From the NCBI RefSeq assembly GCF_009914755.1, contig NC_060935.1: DNA of 64,000 bases, one strand, 5' to 3'. The DNA is from the human T2T-CHM13v2.0 reference genome, Homo sapiens. Shown one piece after another: positions 42,620-55,420 of this stretch (position 1 is the stretch's first letter; every line of letters begins with the position of its first letter). The notes under the pieces were generated by a model, which was not told where the DNA came from, made no database searches, and saw only the letters and a program-made list of their open reading frames with translations. The translations under genes and the position numbers were made by a program.

Positions 42620-43100
42620 AACTGTGATTTTTGCCTGTGGAACATTTAAACCACCTTATTCTGGTAATAGCACACCAATTTTCCTTTGAAAACTCACTCC
42701 TATTCCACTGTTAATTTGTGTGGTACCGATGGGGTCCACCCTGCCTGGCTTGGGAAGGAGCACATGACTATACCTTGCCAATCAGTGCATTCCATCCTCC
42801 TTCCCACACTGATTGGTCCAAAGAAAAACATGCAAATCAAGCTAAAACAATGAGAGTCTCTTGACTGAATGTAAAGCTCAAACTGCCAGCAGCCACCACA
42901 AGAGGAGTCTGTCTACAGATGAAGCCAACACTTAAAGACCCAGCCAATAATAAGAAATAAGAAGTGAATTCCAATAATAACATTGGTATCTGGATCAAGC
43001 TATTCTCGGTGTTGGTCATCCCTGAGGACTTCTAAGTTATGTAAGCCAGTAATTTCCAATGTTTTGAGTCATTTTGAGTTGATGTCTTATTACTTGCAGC
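42620..43100 (+). mobile_element. MLT1K-like old LTR
   Basis: ttctggtaatagcacaccaattttcctttg, gccaatcagtgcattccat, ctgattggtcca, ttacttgcagcc...ttaactaata. Confidence 0.7.
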
Positions 43101-43521
43101 CAGAAGTGTTTTAACTAATATGCCCCTCTTGCTTTGCTGCTCCAAGATTTCAAGCACAACAAAACAAAAAACTGCATAACTTGACAGATTAGAGAATGTT
43201 GCTGATACAAACTGAAGTTTTCCCTTAATACTGAAAGCAATAATAGCCTTGAATGTAAGTTATGGTGAGCATGGTTCTAGAAAGGTTATTCTTTGATATC
43301 TAAGATGGATAGATATGAAATCTAGAATTGGGTTGTTTTGTTTAAGAAGACTTGGATTTATTTTCATCTTTTTTCTCTCCCACTACAGAAGTGACTGATA
43401 TAAATTTATCTATCTTCCTTCCTTCTTACATTCTTCAAATATTTGTTAAATCATATCGAATAAATGTTTAATGAAATAAGCCCCAGAAGATGACATTCAG
43501 CCGAATATCCTTCTCAAAAAA

Positions 43522-46040
43522 ATTTTATTGGGATAAAATTTATGTATGATAAGCTGTATCTATTCAAATTGTACAACTTTATAAAATGTTGCAGATATAT
43601 ACATACTATAACGAAGACACAAGGCCATAATTAAGATACCAATCATTTTTTTCACCCCCAGTATATTCCTCATACCCTTTGCAGTCTGTGTCTTTCCCTC
43701 TGTCCCCAGTCCAAGCGACCATTGATCTTTTCGTCACTTTAAATTAGTTTGTGTTCTCTAAAATTGTATACAAATGGAATCACAGTAAATGTACTCTTTT
43801 GTGTCTGGCGTCTTTCATTCAATATAATGATCTTCAAATTCATTCATGTTATCCCATGTTTTAGTATAGTTCATTCCTTTTATTTGCTGAGTAGTATTCC
43901 AATGTACAGGTTGTTTCCTGGTGTTGGTTATTGTGAATAAAGCTATTAAGAATATTTGTGTACAAGTCTTTATGTGGACATACATTTTTATTTGTCTTGA
44001 GTACATATCTAGGAGCAGAATGGCTAGGTTGTACAGTAGATGTGGGTTGACTTTTTAAGAAACTGCCAAAAAGTTTTCCAAAGAGGGTGTTCCATTTTAC
44101 ATTCATATCTGCCTCTATCTGTGGATCCATATATTTGTCATTCTTGGTATTGTTAGCTTTTTAAATTTTAGCCATTCTATTGTGTGTGCAGTGGTATCTT
44201 GCTATGGTTTTAATTTGCATTTCAGCCATGACTAATGTTTTTTAACATCTTTTCATATACTTGTTGGCCATTTGGATATATCCCTTTATGAAGAGTCAAT
44301 TCAAACTTCTGAGCATTTTTTATTGGGGTGTTTGTCTTTTTTATTAGTGGGTTGTAAGACTCCTTTATGTATTCTGGATAGAGATTTACATAATATCCAG
44401 ATTTATAGGTTGAAAATATGTTCCCCTAGACTATGTTCCCCAAGACTATGGACCACATTTTGATTTTTGTAATGATATCTTTCAAAGACTGAAAATTTTA
44501 AAATTTTGTCATTATTTTCTTCAGTGGTTTATGTTGTTTATGTTTTTTGTGTCCGAATCTAAGAAATTTTGCCCATTCCAAGGTTGCAAAGATTAAGTTT
44601 TCTTCTAGAAGTTTTATAGATTTCATTTTTTAAAAAAATTTAAGTGTAAGATCTGTTTTGTAATTATTTTTGTATGTGGTATGAGGTAAAGGTCACGGTT
44701 TTCCATATTGATATTTATCTGTCCAGGTACCATTTATCGAAGACTACTGTTTCCTCATTAAATTGCCTTGAAACTGTGCCAAATTCATTTGGCTGTATAT
44801 ATATGGGTCTGTTTCTGGATTTACTTTTCTTTGACATTGATCTATGTGTCCACCTTTCATATTACTTTGTTTTGAATAATCAAAGCTTCATAGTAAGCCT
44901 GAAATCAGATAGTACAGTCCATCAACTTTTATTTTTTTATACTCACTTTGACTATTCGAAATCTTTTTTTATTTTCAAAAAATATTACAATCAGCTTGTT
45001 TATTTTCAAAGCCCAAAAGCCTGCTGAGATTTTTACCCAATCAGTAGATTGAGCTGAATCTACAGATCAATTTAGGGAGAACTGAGCAGTTCGCAAACAT
45101 AATATATCTTCATTTGTTTAGGTCTTCTTTAATTTTTTCAGCAATGTTGTTTGGTTTTTCAGTGAAGAGATTCTACATATCTTTTGTTATATTTGCTCCT
45201 AAATATTTTAAGGTTTTGGTGCTACTGTAATTAACATTTTAAAAAATTCATTTTAAATTTTATGCTGCAATTATGAAAACATACAATTGGTTTTTGTATC
45301 TTAATCCTGCATCCCATAACCTCATTCTTATTCACTTATTACTTCTAGCAGTTGTTTTGTAAATTCCTTAGAATTTTCTACAATGACAACCCTGTCATCT
45401 GCAGAAATGGACAATTTTACTTCTTTGTCTCCAATCTTCACTCCTTTTATTTCTTTTGTGTGTGTGTGTGTTTATTACACCATGGAGGACCTTCATAACA
45501 ATGGTAAATAGCAGTATCAATCCAAGAATCCTTATCTTGTTTCTGATCTTAGTGTGAAAGCATTCAATATTTGCCATCAGTTGTGATGTTAAGTGTAGGA
45601 CTGTAGTCTTTTATTAAACTGATGAAGCTTTCTACTCCTGGTTGCTGAAAGTTTTTATTATGAATAATATTGAGTCTTTTTGAATGCTTTTTCTGTATCT
45701 ATTAAAATGGTCACATAGTTTTCCTCTTTTATCCTGTTAATAGGATGAATTAGATAGATTTTTTTTTCACTTTACACCCATCTTGTATTCCTGGTATAAA
45801 TCCACATTGATCATAATCTATTAACCTTTCTATATGTTGTTGGATTTGATTTGCTAACCTTCCGGAAAGTATTTTAGTTTCTGCTCATGAGGCATGTTAT
45901 TCTGTAATTTTTTTGGTAACACATTTTTGTTAGGTTTTGGTATTAATGTCATGCTGGCTATAAAACATGTTGGGAAGCATTTCGTCTTCAAATTTCGGAA
46001 AGATTTTCTGTAAGATTTCATTACTTCTTCTTTGAATGTT
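43522..46040 (-). mobile_element. Ancient L1 (L1ME-like) 3' UTR plus degenerate ORF2 3' region
   Basis: T-rich reverse L1: gtgaataaagctattaagaatatt, aaactgccaaaaagttttccaaag, ttttagccattcta, ctgtcatctgcagaaa, ggatttgatttgctaa. Multiple stops and frameshifts. Confidence 0.88.
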
Positions 46041-49000
46041 TAAATGTTGATATCTACGGTGGACGGTAGCTCGGATCTCAGTTTAGACACTTTCAATCTG
46101 CCCCTACATGCATGACTCAGGGTCCAGAGACTTTGTAGAATATACACAAAGAATTTGGTGTTTCTCTTATTTAGCTCTCTCTTTTTTTCCCCTAGGATTC
46201 CCCCTCACTCTGTGGTGGCTCTGGTTACTCTGAGCGTTTTCAAATGGTTTCTCCTGCCCAAAAGAGTATGGGCTGTCTGTCAGAATTTTAGCCATATCAT
46301 GAAACCGTTTTACTAAACTGTGGCTACCCTCCAGAAACCAACAGAAATGAAAAACTTTATTGGAGTTGCTTCCTCTAAGTTTCAACTCCCCTCCAAAAAC
46401 CTACTTGCTTCTGTGCACCTCCAAAGCCCTTGGGTAGTTATTTTATTTGTTATTTATAGTTATTTGCAGGAGACTTAGTTTGTTAGGAGCTTATTCCTCC
46501 ATAACTAAAAGAGAAACCCACAGTAACTTTTGTATTAAGTTCGAAACCAATAACTATATATTGTTTAGATGTGTGTATTATAAGAAGCATCTAAATAAGC
46601 AAAAGAATGAAAAAAACAAAATTCAGATTAATGTATACCTGGAAAAAGAAGGCAGGAGATAAGAAACGAGAAAGCACATAGATAAACACAAATTATTGTC
46701 AATGTTCTAGTAATCAGGCTCTCTGTGGGTTAATGGATGTTCACTACATTACTCATAAATGGAAAAATAACATGATGATAACAAAGGCTAGGCACAGACC
46801 AATGATGGCAATGCATCATAAACAAAGGATTTTGATTAATTTACTTCTATCCATCTAAAAACAAATGTTGTCAGTATCCCCATCTTGTTCCTGGACTCCT
46901 GAAAAGGCTCTAAACCAACAAGATTCTGAGACGCTGTAGTCACAGGGTCTATGAAATGGCTAAGGATTTATGAGATTCATTTATAGGTAAAATTTATGAA
47001 CCATTCAAATTTAGGCATGTCTTAGACACGTGGTTAATAACAACGAAACACCTTAAATAACGTTGTCGTTTTGAACGGAAGAAGGAGGAAAACCATGCCT
47101 GTGTGTAGTGTTGTGGGTTTTTTGTTGCTGTTCACAATATGAGCAGGCTGTTTGACAGAGAAAAAAGTTCTTGATGCTTTAGAAGAAAGGAACAACAAGA
47201 AAAGACATTGAACTCAAGAATATTGAAGCAGTCTCAAAGCAGGAGAAAACTTCAGCTTGCATGCCTAAAAGCTTATCCACATGTCAAGGGCCGTGGGACA
47301 TTTTCCCAGAGGGCCTGGACAAGAAGCCTCCCTGGTCTTCTTATCCTAAACTAGGCTGAATGGAACACCAGGGAATATGCTGGAGGGAGGGAGATCACAC
47401 TGGCCAAAAGGGTGGAAAAAGTGATGCAATCAGAGAGCTCTTTCCCATCTCTAATTTTATGACTCTAAAAAGGAAAGAGAATTCAAACCACTTCAAAATA
47501 AGATCACCGGAGACCTGACGTAGATGACTGGATCTGTTGAAAAATAAGTTTATAAAGATGCATTTTTCTGGTTGATAATTACATATAATGTCAAAAGATA
47601 TCTCCACTTAGCTACTGCTTCATATCAAATATACAGTAAAATTTTAAACTAAAGCAGAATAATCTCTAGCAATTGAGAAGAGTAGGGGGAGAATCTACAA
47701 ACAATAACACTGAAAAGTAAGGCTTCCCTCCCCAGCAACCAAAAGCTTGACAAATAAATCATGCCTGTTGTTTCATTGCTCAGGATATTTAAAATAGTGT
47801 AAGCAGAAAAGTCTCTTCCACCTGCTTGCTACAAGGTTTGATTTTGAGGATAGTGTACTCCCAAAGACATACCTCTAAAGGAAAAAAAAATACCATTTGA
47901 TTTTCTTTCCATTTTTAAAATCTGATATCACTAATAATAAATTTTATGTATTTTTCCTAAGTCAAAGAGAGAAATACCTTATTAGTAGCTGTCTGTTGCT
48001 TACACTGAAACAGCCATAAGAACATATTTTAAAAGCTATGCCTTATAAAAGTGCCTTTTTTAGAAAATAAAAAAAAGAGAGAGAGACTGAGAAATTTGCT
48101 AATTGCTCTCAAATTCAAATCTCCAATCAACTGAACACAATTGTAAGTAAATAGGGCCTCTTTGGGGGAAGGTAATCCTAATTATGTGGCAAGCTACAGG
48201 GACACCCAAGTTTATGTCAGTAGCAGATTCTGATAAGATATGCACCAAAGGAATCATGTCTGGACTGTTTCAACTGGGAGGGTGTTGGTGTAATGTTGGT
48301 GTTTAGCTGTGATCTAGAGATCAGCAAAGGTCAGGCTGGACAAAACAGCGCCTAATGAAGCTTCTCGTGTTTGGGGTGAAAGAGCCACAAAGCCTTTCAA
48401 ATTAGCAGCTGAATCCTGACACTCATTAGTGATTATATATGCAAGGGCTGCATCTTCAGCCCCAACCAGTGAAACAGCCTAGACGCTCTGCATACACACA
48501 AAAGAAATAAAGTACGTACAAACATAAAGAACTAGAACCTTTTAAATGCCTTTCCCTTCACATTCTGACATTTTCTTTTCTTTCTTTTTTTTAAATATTA
48601 ATGACAGGACTGCAGTGTGCTTACCTTCCAATTTCATGTTAAAATAATTACCATCGCCGTGACTAAAATGAGACTTTCAGTTTTTTATTTTAATCAAGGA
48701 AGGTCTAGTCAGAAATTGCTCTGCTAAGTTCTGTACAAGACATAATACACTCTTGTTAACTAACAAAGCCAATAAATCAAGCTGAAGCACTTATTAAACT
48801 ATCTCACAGGACTAAATTTATCACTGATGACAAATTTAATTTGGAGTTTTGAGACTTTGCTCCTTGCATATACTTCAACAGATTTTTTGGAGGGGGCAGC
48901 TATTTCACAAGTAATGAATGCTAAATTTACTTGAAATTTTTAGAGATGTAAAAGACAACTTCCAATAAAAACTGTGTTCTTCCTAGAGTGTCGCTATCAC

Positions 49001-49712
49001 TAGAAAAAAGTTATGCATTTCAATTCCTTTCCAGTGACGCTATCCTTTGCACATTAGAGTTAGGAGAATTTTTTAAATGGTGATAATGAGCATTTTACAA
49101 AGCAATTTATAACTATCACTCAGTTAGCCCACACTCTATCTCCACAGGTAGGTCAGTTTTTGTCCCTTGATAATGAAGATAAGAAAATTGAGATACAGAG
49201 TTTTCCCTACATAACAGGTAGAATAATTTTAATCTGTGGCAAGGTCATTTGGCACAAGGGAGGGTGGAAAGGAAAAAGTGAGGAAATGCACAAAATTGTA
49301 TTGGGTCTTCTTACAGTAGCTAATACTGTAGCTAAAAGAATGATATTCCCACTTTAAGAATCAAAAGAATTACATTTCAAATCCACATAAAATTTTATTA
49401 ATAGGCGACCTTTCCTTGACACCATGCTTCTAGACTATAATATGAATAATGCCTTATTTTCTGTTCCAGTCAACTGCACCGTGCAGTTTATTATACACCA
49501 CAGCCAGGTTACATAAGTTATATTTTCCATAAACTTTTCCTCCTCCTGAAACATCACTCTACAACTCCACACTAGCATTTTCCTGTTGTCTTTTCAAACA
49601 GTATTTTCCTTCTTGACAGTGCAATCAGCGTATAAAAACCAAATTTCACCATCTGGTCCCGTTTAAAGCAAACCGAGCAGCCTGAACCACAGCCTGACAA
49701 GGAGAACACATT

Positions 49713-49825
49713 AAGCTCTTGAACAAAAGCATCCAAGTCGACCTGTTTTGCAGACTGATTAATAGAAACAAGCTCCAAGGACTAATCACAAGTCGAGCCC
49801 TGTTTTGCAGATTAATAGAACAAAG
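49713..49825. repeat. Imperfect tandem duplication of a ~55-57-bp unit
   Basis: CAAGTCGA--CCTGTTTTGCAGACTGATTAATAGAAACAAG (from 49734) versus CAAGTCGAGCCCTGTTTTGCAGA----TTAATAGAACAAAG (from 49789); AAGCTC at 49713 and 49770. Confidence 0.85.
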
Positions 49826-52800
49826 ACACATGAGAGGAGGGGAGCTTACAGCACTAGAATACAAATAAGCAAAGGTAGGCACCAGGCTTTCCTTGACTGA
49901 AGTCACATCCTGTAAAGCCAGACCCAGGAACCCAAGTACCAGGGTGTCACATTCAGGGATGAATCAAAACGCAGCACCAAAAAGGTCTGGGTTTTATCAT
50001 TCAACCCAGCACTGGATGAGCCATCTAAGTTCTTCTATCTTAGGAGACTCTGATTTAAAAAAGAAAACACATTTTTTCAGCTGAATAAATGCAGGGCTCT
50101 GGTGCTTTTGGGGGTTTCCTTGCATTTCAGCCAGGCAAACCACAGTACTTGTTGAGGACAGACACTTCCACCTTCCCATCTTTGAATGGGATAATCTGTG
50201 AAATATGTACATATGTGCCAACCCACACACACACCCGGATCATATACGTGATGACGGCACCAAGTTTGAAGGACAGGGTTAATTTCCAATTACTCATAGA
50301 CACACATTTTACGGCTACAGAATGTGGCCTTTCTTCCTGACTGTAAAAATAAAACTTACCCACTGTAAGAATGTACAAAATCCCAGGAAAAGCAGAATAA
50401 GAGAAAGAAAAAAAGAACATTCATAAGAGAAAATCGCTGTTATAACTTGTGGTGTATTATCTTTCAGTTTTTGTTTTCTGACTATATTAGTATATGTTTT
50501 TATAATGCAATGATCCATCTGTACATTTTTGGTGAGGATATGGCTTTTAAAATGCTTACTGCTAAATATAAGAAGAAAAACATACTATTGCTGTCTGATG
50601 ACTGATGCTAGTTCTTCAAGGGACAAAACCATTCAAGGTGAATGTAAGAATGCTTTTACTGGAATTGTGAAATCTTCATTCATGTGAGTATGTGGTTAAC
50701 TGAGGAAAGTTTGCACAGCTTGGGAAACATAATTTTTAAGAATCGAGATGTCTACTTTTTGCATGATTTCTATTTTTGATGATTTTCTATATTTAACTAT
50801 TTCCCTTTCATTGTTTTTTCTACTGTTACTTGTAGAAACTCAGACAAAAAGCTTTTTTGGTCTCGTTCAGATTATTTGATGCAATATTTTCAGAGTGAGA
50901 CAAAGAGAATGAATTTTCTCTGGCATATTTGTATTCTGCTTAACCAATAATCCACTGATTCTGTTTATTGGAACAATCAACAAAGCAAAAATGCATTCAT
51001 AATTATGTATCAAGAGTTACAAAGTCTCAGAACTGACTTTAGAGCACTGTTAAGCCTGTGGTTTACAGGCTAGCCAAACTTCAAAATTTCCTATGAACTG
51101 TTTCTATTTCTCTCAGACTTTTCAGAACAGAGTTCAAACTCTGTAGAAGGTAATTCCTACAGCAAATAGCCTTAAATACGAATACCCTCCTTAAAAACCA
51201 ATACCTTGTGATTTTCCCTTCAATAGTAATCTTGAACGGCACATACAGTGTGAATGTAGCAAGGCACTCAATACCCTGAAAATTCGCTCGTCTCTCATGG
51301 GCCTGCCTCTGAAGCTGCTATGAAAGCCGGCAACCACACAGAATTTGCCTCCGGTAAGAATTATTTAAAAGCATAAAGGTCAGACCCAGCATTGTACACA
51401 CACATTTGGGTTTTCCATTTTTCTACTTATTCTACTGCCCAACAGGTAAGTACTTTTTTCAGAACTTATCTTTTTAAGGGAAATGGCTGAATGTGGATAA
51501 GAAAAGGAACTAGTCTTGGCTATTTCTTCTGAAAAACAGGAAGCATTAAGTAATGTTTAGCAACAGAAGCAGTAGCATCAGCATAGGCTAAAATCCTCAT
51601 TCTCAAGTGCTTTCTTATTATTATTTAAAAATATATATATACAAATGCAAAACCCACAAATGAACCCTATGAGTTTTTAAAACAAACTTGTCTTCCATAA
51701 TTTTTCCCCTTAAATCATAACACCAAAGGAAAAGAAGAAAAGTGGGAGAGAGACTTCTGCCAATAGCCTATTCCAACTAGTTAGTTTTGCCATCAATAAT
51801 TTCTGATTAGGTTTTAGTCTAGCATCTTTTATTTTGTTCTTCAAAGATCAAAGCAAGAAAGGTTTTTCTACTGATGACTGACTCAATAAGAGGCCTGAAT
51901 TATGGCTAGTGATTTAAGAGTTGAACTTTTAAATCATTAAGACAATAAAACATTTTTTTTTCCTGAGTGTCTGTCTTTGACAATCCTCTTTCTAGAACCA
52001 TGGCGCTCCAAAGCTACTTCCCATGGCTCATGAAGCCTTGTGTGGCATGGAAAGTCAGTATATCCTATTAGGTTTAGCTTTGAGATTGATATATCCCAGA
52101 AATTCAGTACATATGGTAGCTTGAAATGTAGAGAGAAAAACAATAATCACAGTTTATTAAACCAGGCAGCCATCAGAGGCACGTAGTTCTATATGCAATC
52201 ATTTTGTACATAATGTATAAAAGAAGTTCATTACCAAGTTTAGGAAAGAATGAAAAATCAATATGTTGACTCTGCTCTTCTTTTTCTTTCCTTTACAAAT
52301 ATAGCATTGGTTTCACTTAGTCTTCAATGTTGATTTACATGAAATTTTAGCACCATTTTTTATTTAATGTGATCCATCCTGTAAACCCACCACACCAAGA
52401 CATTGGGCCTGAAAATATCTAAATTAATCATTAAATATCACTGGCACCTTCAGATGCTGTCTTAGGAAATTTCATCCTAGGAAGACTATTATTTAAGCTA
52501 GGTCTTAACCACTTCTTCTAGTATGCCCTTCTATACCAGGTACTTCTCATTGCCTGTTTATTTCTTTTCTTGCTACAAATTTTATACTTGGACATTATTA
52601 GTTATAGTAACTGTATTTACACTTTAACCAAGCTGATTTTTTATATTTAAGCAAAACAGTCTTCCCATATCCTCTCCTGAATTAATGCAGATTTGTAGCT
52701 CACCTTTGCAGCTCTTTGCAGAATGCATATGCATTCTGCTAAACCCAGAAACTTCAAAGTTTGACACTCACTTGGTGTTGGAGCAGCCCTCATGGAACAG

Positions 52801-53367
52801 TCCACATTTAATTTATAGTCACCATCCAAGATTACTTTTATTTTTCCTGGGTGGAAACACACTGCCAACATTACTCATACACTGAAAATGATACTCCATG
52901 TAAGTGACCTTCAAAATGCCCATATGTCTTCATTTAACAGACGTCTATCCACTCTTCCATGCCTTTTGACCAAATGCAGCGGAATATGGGGTTCCTTTCT
53001 TAAATGGTTTCTACGTATCCAGATCATAAGCAACCTGCCATGCAAAGAAACTGTACAATATTCACTTTAAACAGTTTCTCTCTTCCTTTATCCCCCTTCC
53101 CCCACCAATACACAAACAGGGGTAAGCATTTTCCTAGACTAAGTTTCCTATTTATCTCATTTCTACTCTTTTTTGCTTCTTCTCTTCTACCATGGTAATA
53201 CCACCATAGAAACGAAGCAAACAAAACAAAACCAAAAAATAATAGCCATTACAAAACTAACAACTGTTACCTTTCGGGGAAAAAAATAATATTAATTGAG
53301 CATTCACCGAGTGCCAGGAACTTAACATACATGATCTTATTTTAATCCCATGAAAAATATACAGAAG

Positions 53368-53600
53368 TAGTGAAGAACATAAAGGCTTTGGAAGCAAACC
53401 GATTTGGGACTGATTTACAGTTCTTTGCAAAATAAGTGTCCTTGAGTGAATTATTTAACTTCTCTAACCTTTAATTTTCTCATCTCCCAAATGAGGGTAA
53501 TATTTATCTCCTTTATAGGGTTGCTTTGAGGCTTTAAAACAATTTTACGTCTGGTACCTGTATGTGAATGATGCTCAATAAATAGTAGTTATTATTATTA
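53368..53600 (+). mobile_element. MIR, apparently nested in an oppositely oriented MIR (~53285-53800)
   Basis: Forward MIR (ttatttaacttctctaacc...tttctcatct...tcaataaatagtagttattattatta) flanked by reverse-MIR halves. Confidence 0.65.
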
Positions 53601-53643
53601 CTTATATACACATTTGACAGATGAAACTGGTTCAGAGAGATTG

Positions 53644-53781
53644 CATAACATGTGTAACAAGGTAAATAACATGTGTAACATTTACACATGTTACACATAA
53701 CATGTGTAACATTTACACGTTACACATAACATGTGTAACATTTACACATGTTACACATAACATGTGTAACAAGGTAAATAA
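53644..53781. repeat. Palindromic minisatellite (three 29-31-bp units) bounded by a 26-bp direct repeat
   Basis: Unit ATAACATGTGTAACATTTACACATGTTACAC at 53666, 53697 (2-nt deletion) and 53726; CATAACATGTGTAACAAGGTAAATAA at 53644-53669 and 53756-53781. Confidence 0.95.
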
Positions 53782-55297
53782 GTTCTAAATAATCAAAGTG
53801 AGAGCCAAGCTTATTGGGAACAGCCTGTTTCTAAGGCCAAACCCCGCGGAGCTCTATACCACTGCCTCCCTCCTTCTGTAAGTAAAACAGAGTTGTAGAT
53901 GTTTGAGCTATGCCCAATGTGGGGAGCACATGCCTTCCTGCTGGGGAGGCCCTGCCAGAAGTTTTGTAGCCTAAGGAACTGCTTGTTTAAGGGAAGAGAG
54001 AATTAGCAATAATTTTTTTGGAGAACAGTTTCAACAAAGCCTTCGCCATCAGAGGGGATGTCCCTAGGCACATGGTGGCTCTACAAGCCCGACCAAGCCT
54101 CCCATGGGCTTATAGATGAACCCTTGAGAGGGTGGGTGACATCATGCCTTGACATTGCTCTCACAAAACAGCCTAGAAGGCAGGGGGCTTCTCCTGTATG
54201 AAGCACATAACACAACATGGCTCTGATTATTAAGGCTTTATTGTGAAACAACTTTGGCAGCATGCAGGCTCATCAGAAGGGGCGGAAGGATGTCCTGCGG
54301 CTCTGCAGATGTGGTGCTGGCAAAAGAGGAGCACCCAGTGGAAGGAGCAACCTCATCTCTCCAAATATATGTGTGCTCCAAAACCCATCTCACCTTCATC
54401 AGAGATTAGGAGAAGGATGAAAGTATCCAGTGTGGTTACCTAAACTAACTTGTGAACACATCTGAGCCACAGAGGAGAAATGCATCACAGGAAGACAGAA
54501 GCAGCTAAGGCTGGAACCAAATAAATACAGGTTAAGACTGTCAATGGGACTCTAGTGGGCTCACTGTCTGGCAAGACCTGGAGAAGTTCACTCTTCACTT
54601 ACAGTTCAGAGTACAAAATAAGTAATCAGTGTTTGTCAAGTAGCCTGAATATAACTGGTACAGAATCTACACGACGCTAAGAACTCAATCACTGAGAATT
54701 CAGCCACTGAGAAAAGGGAATACTGTATATTTGACAATTGGTTTTAATGTCCATAGGACGTTCTGAGGGCCCACCTGGTCTAGCTTCCGACCAATCTCAA
54801 ACTTGACACCAACTACTTTGACTGCAGCCTTGAAGCGACGGTCTCTGTAACTAAGAGTGATTTCTAGAGCTGCTCACAGTACGGGAATAAGGTGTCTGAG
54901 CTGAAGAAATGATACCAAAAAGCCTAAAATTGCTGGTGGAGGCTTTCTTTGAAAACTCTCACTGCCGTACTGTGAGGTTTAATGTAAGATTTGTCCTACT
55001 CCCATTTCTCACTTTTATTGAACGATGCTCACCTGAAGAGATGCTAGATTTCTGAGTGTTCAGGAAGAATCTAGGTACATGTACCTTGTTAACACATGTT
55101 ATTAAAGCCCATGGACATCATTTAGGGCTTTGCTTGGTTCCATTTTGCTCTATCATCTCTAGTCTTTCCGTTTTGTATGTCCATGACTGTGCCTGATCTT
55201 GTATTGGAAATACTTTCTTTCCTTTTGTCACTGGGTGTCTAATCTGTGTAAATTCTCAGTTCACCAGCCAGAGACATATCTCTACCACCACCACCCT

Positions 55298-55420
55298 GAT
55301 TCACTCATTCATTCGTTCAGAAGACAGGGACCAAGCATCTACTATGTGCCAGGCACTGAGCTTGCCTAGGGTATGCATAGAGGACAAAGTACAGGTCCTT
55401 GCTCTGATGGAGCTTGTAAT
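55298..55420 (-). mobile_element. L2 3' end fragment
   Basis: attcactcattcattc...agcatctactatgtgccaggcactg...tccttgctctgatggagctt. Confidence 0.75.

Noticed and set aside
44417-44450. 15-bp tandem duplication (tatgttcccc[t/a]agac)
   Set aside because: Ordinary slippage duplication inside a dead L1.
43749-45577. Short ORFs with faint L1 ORF2 similarity
   Set aside because: Fragments of a decayed L1 with stops and frameshifts; not functional.
48619-48680. Possible 38-nt minus-strand exon (48662-48625) with AAG|GTAAGC donor
   Set aside because: The acceptor pyrimidine tract is weak; indistinguishable from the many pseudo-exons in long introns.
53644-53781. CRISPR-like appearance of palindromic ~30-bp repeats
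   Set aside because: Units are directly tandem with no unique spacers, there are no cas genes, and the context is a mammalian intron.
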